Notes under the pieces: generated by a model
The model's database searches: none
What the model was told of the DNA's origin: nothing
The model's input: only the letters and a program-made list of their open reading frames with translations
DNA from: Holosporales bacterium
GTDB lineage: Bacteria; Pseudomonadota; Alphaproteobacteria; UBA3830; JAIRWN01
Direction of reading: 5' to 3'
Assembly: GCA_031268985.1 (NCBI GenBank)
Contig: JAIRWN010000030.1
Span: forward strand, 20,485 to 84,484
Length of the DNA stretch: 64,000 nt
Made by a program: the position numbers and the translations under genes
Shown: piece after piece, positions 1 to 8,608 of the stretch
How positions within the stretch are numbered: the stretch's first letter is position 1
Layout of the letters: the number at the start of each line of letters is the position of its first letter

Positions 1-1
1 A

Positions 2-649
2 GCAAAAAAGCATAATTTGCCGGTCATATATGATGGAGCTCATGCATTTGGAATAAAATATAAGGAGAAGAGCTTGCTGAGTTACGGCGACGTATCTACT
101 TGCAGTTTCCATGCCACTAAACTTTTGCATACCATGGAGGGTGGGGGAGTTTTCTCAAATTTACCGGAAGTAGCAGACAGATTGATATTAATGAGAAAGT
201 TCGGCATATCAAAAGAAAATTGTGTGAGCCTGGGAATTAATGCCAAGGCCAGCGAGATACAGGCCGTCATGGGGTTATGCAATCTTGAACACATAGACGA
301 AATAATCAATAAAAGACTCGAGATTTGCGAAATCTACGATTCGGTCTTATCTGCGTCGACATTAAGACCATTAAATAAAGGCCGAAATGAATATAAGTGC
401 TGTACGTATTATCCGGTTATTTTTGAAAACGAAAAGCTCTTACTGACAGCATTTTCTAGATTGAATGAAGAAAATATTTTTCCTCGTCGTTATTTTTATC
501 CATCTTTAAATACGTTGCCTTATGTAAAGAACAAAGATCATTGCTTGGTTTCCGAGGATATAAGTTCTCGTATCGCTTGTTTGCCTTTGTATTACGGTCT
601 GAAAGAACGGGACATCCGTAGGATTGCTAAGATATTGATTAATTTATGA
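2..649 (+). CDS. DegT/DnrJ/EryC1/StrS-family PLP-dependent sugar aminotransferase, C-terminal part (5' end outside window)
   Basis: The frame is open from nt 2 (AKKHNLPVIYDGAHAFG...). DGAHAFG and SFHATKLL (PLP-lysine region) are typical of the family. The stop overlaps the next start (ATGA at 646-649). Confidence 0.8.
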   Translation, partial: AKKHNLPVIYDGAHAFGIKYKEKSLLSYGDVSTCSFHATKLLHTMEGGGVFSNLPEVADRLILMRKFGISKENCVSLGINAKASEIQAVMGLCNLEHIDEIINKRLEICEIYDSVLSASTLRPLNKGRNEYKCCTYYPVIFENEKLLLTAFSRLNEENIFPRRYFYPSLNTLPYVKNKDHCLVSEDISSRIACLPLYYGLKERDIRRIAKILINL

Positions 650-1482
650 ACAGTTCGTTGCCTTTAGTCTCTATAATTATCCCTACACATTTTAGGTTAG
701 AAAAACTGAAAAATACACTTCGGTCTATCACAGAGCAAACTTACAAAAATATAGAAATAATAGTGTCCTCTGATGGATTCAGCGACGAAAACAGAAATTT
801 TCTTGAAAAAGAATATCCTTCAATAGTTTACATAGAATCAAAAGTAACCAAAAAACCCTCAATTGCTCGCAATCTTGCATTAAAGCGTGCTCGGGGGAGA
901 TATATAGCTTTTTGTGACGACGATGATTTGTGGCTTCCGGAAAAACTTGAAAAGCAAATACAAGTCTTAGAAATCCATAAGGATCGAGACTTTTGTTATA
1001 CTAAAATGGTACGTTACGATAATAATGGAAAAGAATGGATGGAGGCCAATGATTCAGATGCGGAAGTTACATTTAAAAGCCTGTTGTTCGTCAGCACAGT
1101 CCCTATCTCATCGGTAATAATTAGGGCTGAGCTTCTTGATAAGGTCAAAGGTTTTTGTGAATCCAAGCGAGTAGGAACTTCGGAAGATTATGAGTTTGTG
1201 CTTAGATGTGCAGTGTATACAAAACCTTTACTGCTGGATGAGTATTTAGTTAAATACTACAGTGGTAATGAAAGAACTACTAATATTGAAGATAAAGAAG
1301 TTTTTCGATCTGCTATAAAAGTTATAGCTTATACGCTGGGTGTTCTTGGTGGCCAATATTCTCTGCTAAAAATAGCTTCTATAGAAAAATCTGTTCTATT
1401 CAAGTCCATATTGCATCATCTTAAGTGGTGTTATAAACGAGTGGCTTACATTACAATTTTGCAATGGATAAGAAGGGCTTAA
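646..1482 (+). CDS. Family 2 glycosyltransferase
   Basis: N-terminal VSIIIPTHFRLEKL...QTYKNIEIIVSSDG and FCDDDD (DXD region) are classic GT2 motifs. Confidence 0.8.
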   Translation: MNSSLPLVSIIIPTHFRLEKLKNTLRSITEQTYKNIEIIVSSDGFSDENRNFLEKEYPSIVYIESKVTKKPSIARNLALKRARGRYIAFCDDDDLWLPEKLEKQIQVLEIHKDRDFCYTKMVRYDNNGKEWMEANDSDAEVTFKSLLFVSTVPISSVIIRAELLDKVKGFCESKRVGTSEDYEFVLRCAVYTKPLLLDEYLVKYYSGNERTTNIEDKEVFRSAIKVIAYTLGVLGGQYSLLKIASIEKSVLFKSILHHLKWCYKRVAYITILQWIRRA

Positions 1483-2322
1483 ATGAAAATTCCTTTACAA
1501 CAGACGCAATGGCATGGAATCGATCTGGTGCGATTGGCTGCAGATATTGGCCATGATTTCAGAAAATTACCAGACGGCAGATTTTTTGAGGCCTTTTATA
1601 ACAAACTATTTGCAAATGGACAGAAATTAGAGCTATCGCAGTCGTTCGTTGAAAATAAACGCGAACTTGCTCATAAATTTGGGCAATTACTGGACAAATG
1701 TTCAACTCGCGACGCTTCAATTCTGAGTGTTGGCGTTGGTCCGGGGGTGGCAGAAGCTTATTTAATAAATGATGGCTGGAAAGTTGACTTACAAGAATGT
1801 CAGAAGACGTCTATAGAGTATTTTATTCATGCTTACAAAAACCTTTTATATCAGGCAAGGATCTATTACTCAGAGGATATGACCGATATTGACTCAGAAA
1901 AATATCATGTTGTGATTTGCTCGATTATGTCACATCATCTGAGCTTGGATATTGTCGAGAAAGTTTTGGCGTCTGTTCGCCGGATATTAAAACCGGACGG
2001 GGTGTTTATATGGTGCGATATCCCATTAACTTGGCATGAGTTGTATCAGTATAGCAAGTTTTATATCTACAATCATTTATACAGAGTTCCTTACGAGCGA
2101 AACGGAATATTTTGGGGATGGAAACGTTCTATAAGCGTTTGGCACAATTTAGCTAAACAAAACGGCTTTGATCTTCTGGAACAAGTTTATTTAGATTCAA
2201 AAACAAGAGAGTTTATTAATCCTCCGCATTATTTCGGAACCGCTTTTGGCAAAAATATAGCGGAACAAATAACCGTTTATAAGAAAGCCCGGCCTTGGCC
2301 TGCCAAAGGCTTAGATAAGTGA
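1483..2322 (+). CDS. Class I SAM-dependent methyltransferase
   Basis: Motif I-like ILSVGVGPGVAEAY and post-II ILKPDGVFIW. Starts immediately after the upstream stop. Confidence 0.65.
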   Translation: MKIPLQQTQWHGIDLVRLAADIGHDFRKLPDGRFFEAFYNKLFANGQKLELSQSFVENKRELAHKFGQLLDKCSTRDASILSVGVGPGVAEAYLINDGWKVDLQECQKTSIEYFIHAYKNLLYQARIYYSEDMTDIDSEKYHVVICSIMSHHLSLDIVEKVLASVRRILKPDGVFIWCDIPLTWHELYQYSKFYIYNHLYRVPYERNGIFWGWKRSISVWHNLAKQNGFDLLEQVYLDSKTREFINPPHYFGTAFGKNIAEQITVYKKARPWPAKGLDK

Positions 2323-2386
2323 TCGGCCCGTTCAAATGAATTAGGGTGCGCTACAAAATTCTTTAATGTAAAGACCTCGAGAAAAA

Positions 2387-5158
2387 ATGAAAATATCTTA
2401 TAGTTTTGGGATAATAGAGCTGTTGCACGTAGGCCATATAACGGCCCTGGAGTCCGCAAAATCATCATCTGATTTGCATATATTTGGTCTTGTCGGCGAT
2501 GAATCCGTAATTAAATGGAAAGGCGGCGTAATTTCTTCATTTGAAGAAAGGAAAAGAGTATTAAGCCGTCTCTCTTTAATTGATTTGATATTGCCGCAGA
2601 ATACTTTTGACCCTTCATGTAATTTAAGGAAGATCCACGACCTTTATCCAGAGGCAGCAATAACCTTGTACAAAGAAGCGAATTGGGGAATTTTTCCCAA
2701 CGAAGCGTTAATGCGCGACGTTAATGCCAAATTGGAAATTGTTGAACACAGCGACAACTTTTCTCCCGATCATATAATAGAAAATATGGCACGTCTGTCC
2801 GAGCCCAGATATAAGTTTGAGAATATTATTTCTACTAAAGCAAACACTCTTTTGTCCTTGAAACCAAAAATCAAGAAATCAAAAATAGAGGATGCGCTCG
2901 TTATTACAGTAGCGGATTTCCTGTACAGGAAAGGAGAAATTTTAAAATCAATACAGGGCAAATTTAAAGGATGTAAGATAGTCGTGAGGTCTTCTTCTTC
3001 CTATGAAGATAACTTTGAAAAAAGCGTTGCGGGATTTTTCGAAAGTAAATTAGGGGTCGATTCAAAAAATGAGAATAAAATATCCGAAGCGGTAAATACG
3101 GTAATTAATTCTTACAGAAAAGTTGAATCTTTAGATCTTGAGCATGAGCAAATACTGATTCAATCTAAAACTGAAGATATTGCTTCGGCTGGAGTTGTGT
3201 TTACCAGAGATGTAAAAAGAAACAGGCCGTATTATTTTATAAATTACGACGATGATGGTCTTTCGCATTCTGTTACTTCCGGACGGGGGGGGGAGGGTAG
3301 TATTTACATTGTTCGCGATATAGAGATCTCAAACCCTAAGTGGCACGGATTGTTAGAAGCCGTAAGAGAAATAGAGGGCACGCTAGAGAATGTCATTTTA
3401 GACATAGAATTTGCAATAAAACGCGACGCTTCGATTATTATATTTCAGGCTCGCCCACTGGCGCTTGCATATAAATCTAGGTCGCTGACGAACGATATTC
3501 GCGTCCTTGAACTTTTGAACGAGGAACAACGAAAATATGAAAACAATCTTGACGCATTTTATAAAAAACAAATGCTTTTGTCCGATATGGCTTTTTGGAA
3601 TCCGGCCGAGATCATAGGAGACAATCCTAAGCCGTTGGATTTTTCATTGTACAGAGAAATTATTACTTCCTCGCCATGGAATGCCGGTCTTGTTCCGCTT
3701 GGATATAAAAAAGTGCCGTATGATTTAATGTATAAGATAGGGAATAAACCTTATATTTCTGTGGATTATTCTTTCAGAAGTTTAATTCCAAATGACTTAA
3801 GTGATGATATCACTGCCAAGTTAGTAAACTTTTACCGCGAGAAGCTAAAAGCCAACCCACGATCTCATGACAAAATAGAATTTGAAATTGTCTTTAGTTG
3901 TTTTGATTTTGAAACCGAAGAAAAGCTTGAAGAGCTGGAAGGAATCCTTTCCAAAGGAGAAGTTCTTGCATTAAAGAGATCGCTTTGGGAAATGACTAGG
4001 AGGGCGGTAGGTAATTTCTTTGCTATTTTGTCCGAAGATAAAATAGCAATAAAGGCTCTTGAACAAACAAGAGAAGAGATAGCGTCAAAATATACCGTTT
4101 TTGGCTGGAAAAAAGCGCTTTCTTGTTTTAGCGAATTGCTTTCTTTATTAAAGATTCATGGAACGCCGCAATTCTCGAGACAGGCGAGATACGCATTTAT
4201 TGCCAAGTCTTTCTGTCGTTCTTTAGTATCACAAAAATATTGCCCATCCGAGAAAATAGATAATTTCATGTTGTCAGTTAAAACAGTCGCCACAGAGCTC
4301 TCTGAAAATATGGACGCTTTCTTTTCCGACAAAATAACTTTGGATGATTTTAACAAAAAATACGGGCATCTTCGATCGGGAACTTATGACATAACCACGC
4401 TTCCTTATTCAAAAATGGATTTTAGAACCTCGTCTTTTCGTAAAACAAAAAGAGCAAATAAAAAGCCGATGCCTTTTGATATAAACTTTATTGGCAAAGC
4501 TCTAAACAAAATAAATTTTGATGAAACTCCTGAAAAGTTCATATCTTTTTTAAAGACAGCGTTTGAGCAAAGAGAATTCTTCAAATTTGAGTTTACTAAG
4601 TCTTTAAGTTTAGCCATAGAAATTCTCGCTTCAGTCGGTGACCGTTTTGGTTTTTCAAGAGAAGAGTTGTCGTTCCTGACGGTTGAAGATGTACTTTCAT
4701 CACAAAATTACCATACAGAAGAAGATCTGAAAGATTTTTGGTCTTCTGTTATCGAGGGTAGAAAGAAGGCGTTTGAAAACAATTCTTGGCTGATTCTGCC
4801 AGATGTTATTCTGAATTCTGATGATTTATTTTTTGTTGAATGGAAAAAGATGCGCCCTAATTTTGTCACGGAAAAATCAGTGCGTGGCGAGGTCGTTATA
4901 TTAGAAGACACAGATCAAATAACGGATAAAATAGTTTTGTTGGAAAAGGCTGACCCCGGATTTGATTGGGTTTTTTCCAAAAATATAAAGGCTTTGATAA
5001 CAAAATACGGCGGAGCAGCTTCTCATATGGCGATTAGATGCGGTGAATTTGGGTTGCCTGCAGCGATCGGATGCGGAGAAAAAATTTATAATGAAACCCT
5101 TGGAATGAAGCGAATAGAGTTGGATTGTAAAAAAGGCGTCATAAAAGAAATTATTTAA
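2387..5158 (+). CDS. Fusion protein: N-terminal HIGH-type cytidylyltransferase-like domain plus a PEP-utilising-enzyme-type kinase (PPDK-like ATP-binding domain and C-terminal phosphohistidine swivel domain)
   Basis: N-terminus FGIIELLHVGHITALE resembles the FGxFDxxHxGH nucleotidyltransferase motif. VVRSSSSYEDNFEKSVAGFFES matches the PPDK/PEP-synthase N-domain. The C-terminal KYGGAASHMAIRCGEFGLPAAIGCG is the PEP-utiliser mobile His domain. Confidence 0.7.
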   Translation: MKISYSFGIIELLHVGHITALESAKSSSDLHIFGLVGDESVIKWKGGVISSFEERKRVLSRLSLIDLILPQNTFDPSCNLRKIHDLYPEAAITLYKEANWGIFPNEALMRDVNAKLEIVEHSDNFSPDHIIENMARLSEPRYKFENIISTKANTLLSLKPKIKKSKIEDALVITVADFLYRKGEILKSIQGKFKGCKIVVRSSSSYEDNFEKSVAGFFESKLGVDSKNENKISEAVNTVINSYRKVESLDLEHEQILIQSKTEDIASAGVVFTRDVKRNRPYYFINYDDDGLSHSVTSGRGGEGSIYIVRDIEISNPKWHGLLEAVREIEGTLENVILDIEFAIKRDASIIIFQARPLALAYKSRSLTNDIRVLELLNEEQRKYENNLDAFYKKQMLLSDMAFWNPAEIIGDNPKPLDFSLYREIITSSPWNAGLVPLGYKKVPYDLMYKIGNKPYISVDYSFRSLIPNDLSDDITAKLVNFYREKLKANPRSHDKIEFEIVFSCFDFETEEKLEELEGILSKGEVLALKRSLWEMTRRAVGNFFAILSEDKIAIKALEQTREEIASKYTVFGWKKALSCFSELLSLLKIHGTPQFSRQARYAFIAKSFCRSLVSQKYCPSEKIDNFMLSVKTVATELSENMDAFFSDKITLDDFNKKYGHLRSGTYDITTLPYSKMDFRTSSFRKTKRANKKPMPFDINFIGKALNKINFDETPEKFISFLKTAFEQREFFKFEFTKSLSLAIEILASVGDRFGFSREELSFLTVEDVLSSQNYHTEEDLKDFWSSVIEGRKKAFENNSWLILPDVILNSDDLFFVEWKKMRPNFVTEKSVRGEVVILEDTDQITDKIVLLEKADPGFDWVFSKNIKALITKYGGAASHMAIRCGEFGLPAAIGCGEKIYNETLGMKRIELDCKKGVIKEII

Positions 5159-5851
5159 ATGCGAGCGCTAATAACTCAACAACAGTACCTGAACGATCAT
5201 AATGAACCGTGTGACTTGCTAGAATCTTCTTACATACGCTTTTTGCAAGATTTGGAACTGAAGTTATCTATCCAATCCAATTTTCTGCCTCTTGAACTTG
5301 AATCAGAAAGGCCTGACTTAATCATTTTTCCCGGTGGCGGAAATATAGACTCAAGGTATATGGAATCTTGTCATGACTACTGCATACAGGATCTAAGGGA
5401 CAATATAGAAAAGCAGTTGCTGTGCTTTGCAACTGAAAACGAAGTGCCTGTGTTAGCCATCTGCAGAGGAATGCAGCACGTAAATGGTCTGTTAGGCGGA
5501 CGAGTGTCGGTTTTGCATGGCTTGAGAGCCCCGAGGATAAACGGAATTGATCACAATGTTCGACATCTGAATGGGATAGAAATAACAGTCAACCATTTTC
5601 ATAATTGCGGTATTTATCAACGCAATCTCGCAAAAAGCCTTAAAGTTATTGGGCTGGATGTGGAAAATGATTTGGTTGAAGCATATTATACTCATAGGAT
5701 TTTAGGGCTTCAATGGCACCCTGAAAGGAAGTTTGAGGACGCGAAATCTCAGGAAATGTCCACGGCTTTAGTGCGAGATTTTGTGAGAAATAAAGGAGTA
5801 CTAGATGAAAGCCGTTATTCTGGCTGCCGGGGTTGGACGTCGGCTCAGTAA
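5159..5851 (+). CDS. Class-I glutamine amidotransferase-like / peptidase C26 gamma-glutamyl hydrolase
   Basis: PVLAICRGMQ (nucleophile Cys) and LGLQWHPE (His) are triad motifs of the GATase1/PuuD-like family. Confidence 0.75.
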   Translation: MRALITQQQYLNDHNEPCDLLESSYIRFLQDLELKLSIQSNFLPLELESERPDLIIFPGGGNIDSRYMESCHDYCIQDLRDNIEKQLLCFATENEVPVLAICRGMQHVNGLLGGRVSVLHGLRAPRINGIDHNVRHLNGIEITVNHFHNCGIYQRNLAKSLKVIGLDVENDLVEAYYTHRILGLQWHPERKFEDAKSQEMSTALVRDFVRNKGVLDESRYSGCRGWTSAQ

Positions 5852-6581
5852 GTATACGCGCGACTTACCTAAAGGGATGTTGTCTTTTAAAGGCAAGGCT
5901 TTAATAGAACATCAGTTAGATGCTTTGCGCGCTTTTGGAATCAGCGATATAGCAATAGTAACCGGCTACAAAAGCCAAAAAATAAATTTTTCCAATGTTA
6001 CTTATTTCCATAATAAAAATTTTTCATCTACGAATATGCTTGAGTCGTTCCTATGTGCTCGGGAGTTTTTTACAGACGATCTTATAATTTCTTACTCAGA
6101 TATTGTTTATACCCCTGCTTTGGTCGACAATTTATGCTCTGCTGACTGTGACATAGGGGCGGCGGTGGATTCTGATTGGAAAAAATTATGGAAGCTGCGT
6201 TACGGGGATACGGAAAATGATCTTGAGATTTTGCACGTAAATCAAAATCTATATGTGACAGAAATAGGGCGAAAAACTGACTCTTCTGTTGGATTAAATT
6301 ATCGTTATATTGGCCTTTTAAAATTTTCAATAAGAGGAATTGATACGTTTTTAACGGTCTATGAAAATAGGTTGGGGCAGACTTGGCCACAATCCGGAAA
6401 AGATTTTAAAAACGGCTACATGACGGATATTCTTGCTCAAATGATATCTGAAAAATACAAAGTTAAAGCCATTTCATCAAAAGGCGGTTGGCTGGAGTTT
6501 GATACTAACGAGGATTATGAGATAATAACAAAAGCATATCAGCTTGGAAAAATTTCAAATCAGTATGTGATTAATGGATAA
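5805..6581 (+). CDS. LicC-like sugar/phospho-substrate nucleotidyl(cytidylyl)transferase
   Basis: MKAVILAAGVGRRL...LPKGML N-terminal NTP-transferase signature. AAGGAG lies upstream of the ATG at 5805. Overlaps the upstream gene by 47 nt. Confidence 0.75.
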   Translation: MKAVILAAGVGRRLSKYTRDLPKGMLSFKGKALIEHQLDALRAFGISDIAIVTGYKSQKINFSNVTYFHNKNFSSTNMLESFLCAREFFTDDLIISYSDIVYTPALVDNLCSADCDIGAAVDSDWKKLWKLRYGDTENDLEILHVNQNLYVTEIGRKTDSSVGLNYRYIGLLKFSIRGIDTFLTVYENRLGQTWPQSGKDFKNGYMTDILAQMISEKYKVKAISSKGGWLEFDTNEDYEIITKAYQLGKISNQYVING

Positions 6582-7101
6582 TCAATACGTCTATACTCAA
6601 CGGGACTTACTGAAAGGAAAAGAAAAGTATCAGTACTCTCAATATTATGGCAGATCATTTTTAAAGACTTATTACAAGCAAAGACAAGATTTTCTGGATA
6701 ACCTTCCGTTGGGTACTGAAATCACATTTGATGTTTCTGGTAATACTTTCTCTTTTTTAGAAAATTTTATTGGACATTGGGCCGATATAGATGTCGTTCC
6801 GGACGAAGGCATTGCTTTGTTGTTAAAGAAATTTGAAGTCACCAAAAGGATCTATGATCGAGTGGATCCAAACTTCAATCCTAAGGAAAATGCCTTAAGC
6901 GACAACCCAAATCTTTATGCGCTTTTCTCCTATTGCTGTTATTTGGCCTATAAAAGAACAGGGCATTTGTCATTCTTAAATGGATTAATAAAATCTAACG
7001 ATATTATAACTTCCCAGAATCAATTTCATAATATCAATATAAAAATGCTGAGAGAGGTTATATCCAAAGAAATAAGCTGTGTTAAAGAATTAGATGAATA
7101 G
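6574..7101 (+). CDS. Hypothetical protein (no motif recognised)
   Basis: 175-codon ORF with 8-nt overlaps to both neighbours, which suggests translational coupling inside the operon. No recognisable family. Confidence 0.4.
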   Translation: MDNQYVYTQRDLLKGKEKYQYSQYYGRSFLKTYYKQRQDFLDNLPLGTEITFDVSGNTFSFLENFIGHWADIDVVPDEGIALLLKKFEVTKRIYDRVDPNFNPKENALSDNPNLYALFSYCCYLAYKRTGHLSFLNGLIKSNDIITSQNQFHNINIKMLREVISKEISCVKELDE

Positions 7102-7771
7102 CTTTTCAATTATTTTATATGATTCAGCAAGGGCCAGGTCTTATATACAGCACCTCTGCGAAAATGGTCTGTTCCCGAATGAGGTTTTACTTATGCCGGG
7201 TTGTTGGGAACCTCCGGCAAATCTCAGACGCTCCAAGAAAATATCATTCGACTTTAAAGAGCCTGTTCAGGAAACTATCTCAAAATATCGCCTGAAAATA
7301 GTTAGTTGTAAAACGCAAGATATAAATAACGAGAACACGATAGAAAATATAAAAAAGCGCTCGTCAGATCAATTTATAATTTTTGGGGGAGCCGGTGGTC
7401 AGATTTTAAAAAAGCCGGTTTTATCGCAAGGAGTCCCTATTCTGCACATACATCCCGGGATTGTTCCCAACTACCGTGGGAGCACTACTATATATTACTC
7501 TATGCTGGTGGAAGGTAAGGCTGGATGTTCGGCTTTCTTTTTTAATGAAAAAATTGATGACGGACCGCTGGTTCTAAGAAAAACATACAAATTGATACGT
7601 GGGATAAATATAGACTATATGTTCGATCCTGAAATAAGAGGTCTAATGCTGGTTGAGGCTGTCAAAAAACTCACCTTGAGTATGAGGACAACTATTGTCA
7701 AAAAGAAGACTCTGCCTTACTTTATTATACATCCGGTATTGAAACATATCGCCATGCTTAAAAATACATGA
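7094..7771 (+). CDS. Formyltransferase-fold protein (Formyl_trans_N-like)
   Basis: ILHIHPGIVPNYRGSTTIYYSML aligns with the HPSLLPxxRG motif. The downstream EKIDDGPLV aligns with the catalytic-Asp region of formyltransferases. Confidence 0.55.
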   Translation: MNSFSIILYDSARARSYIQHLCENGLFPNEVLLMPGCWEPPANLRRSKKISFDFKEPVQETISKYRLKIVSCKTQDINNENTIENIKKRSSDQFIIFGGAGGQILKKPVLSQGVPILHIHPGIVPNYRGSTTIYYSMLVEGKAGCSAFFFNEKIDDGPLVLRKTYKLIRGINIDYMFDPEIRGLMLVEAVKKLTLSMRTTIVKKKTLPYFIIHPVLKHIAMLKNT

Positions 7772-7775
7772 AGCA

Positions 7776-8606
7776 ATGAACCTGGAAGAAGCCAAAAAGA
7801 TAATAACCTGTGGAGGAGAGGGGCTTAATATCGATTCCAAAGTTAGACATGCTGTTGAGTTTTGCGTAGATGAGTTAAATCGCGGAACACTCAGAGTTTC
7901 TGAGTATAATCAAAAAGAAGGCAAATGGATATTAAATGGTTTTTTGAAACAGGCGATTTTGCTCTATTTTCAAATACAAGACAGCCGTTTGCTAAAATCC
8001 AGTAAATCGCAAGATGTTTCTGTGTTTTGGGATAAAATTCCTTTGAAAACCTGCACATGGTCTGAATCAGCTTTTAAAGCAAGCGGTTTTCGATTGGTTC
8101 CGGGCGCTGTTATAAGATATGGAGCGTTTATTGGATTTTCAGCTGTTATCATGCCAAGTTTTATCAACATAGGCGCTTATGTCGGATGCGGCACTATGAT
8201 AGACTCCTGGGTAACAGTTGGATCCTGCGCTCAAATTGGTAACAATTGTCATATATCCGATGGAGTGACAATAGGCGGCGTGCTTGAGCCGATTCAATCA
8301 TATCCAGTCATAGTAGAAGACGGATGCTTTATTGGCGCAAGATCCAGTATCACCGAGGGCGTAAGAGTATGTAAAGGAAGCGTCATTGCATCCGGCGTAT
8401 CTCTGAGCGCATCAACTAAAATAGTTGATCGAGAAACAGGCGTTGTGACTTACGGTTGCATCCCGCCATACTCGGTCGTTGTACCAGGCAGCATTGCAGC
8501 AAATGACAGTAAACCCTATATAAGCACATGTTGCGCATTGATAATAAAACATGTTGACGAAAAAACTCGCACCAAGACAAGTATTAACGAAATTCTCAGG
8601 TCATAA
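7776..8606 (+). CDS. dapD: 2,3,4,5-tetrahydropyridine-2,6-dicarboxylate N-succinyltransferase
   Basis: Near-colinear with E. coli DapD as I recall it: MPSFINIGAYVGCGTMIDSWVTVGSCAQIG, GGVLEPIQSYPVIVEDGCFIGARS, and the C-terminal KHVDEKTRTKTSINEILR. Confidence 0.9.
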   Translation: MNLEEAKKIITCGGEGLNIDSKVRHAVEFCVDELNRGTLRVSEYNQKEGKWILNGFLKQAILLYFQIQDSRLLKSSKSQDVSVFWDKIPLKTCTWSESAFKASGFRLVPGAVIRYGAFIGFSAVIMPSFINIGAYVGCGTMIDSWVTVGSCAQIGNNCHISDGVTIGGVLEPIQSYPVIVEDGCFIGARSSITEGVRVCKGSVIASGVSLSASTKIVDRETGVVTYGCIPPYSVVVPGSIAANDSKPYISTCCALIIKHVDEKTRTKTSINEILRS

Positions 8607-8608
8607 AA

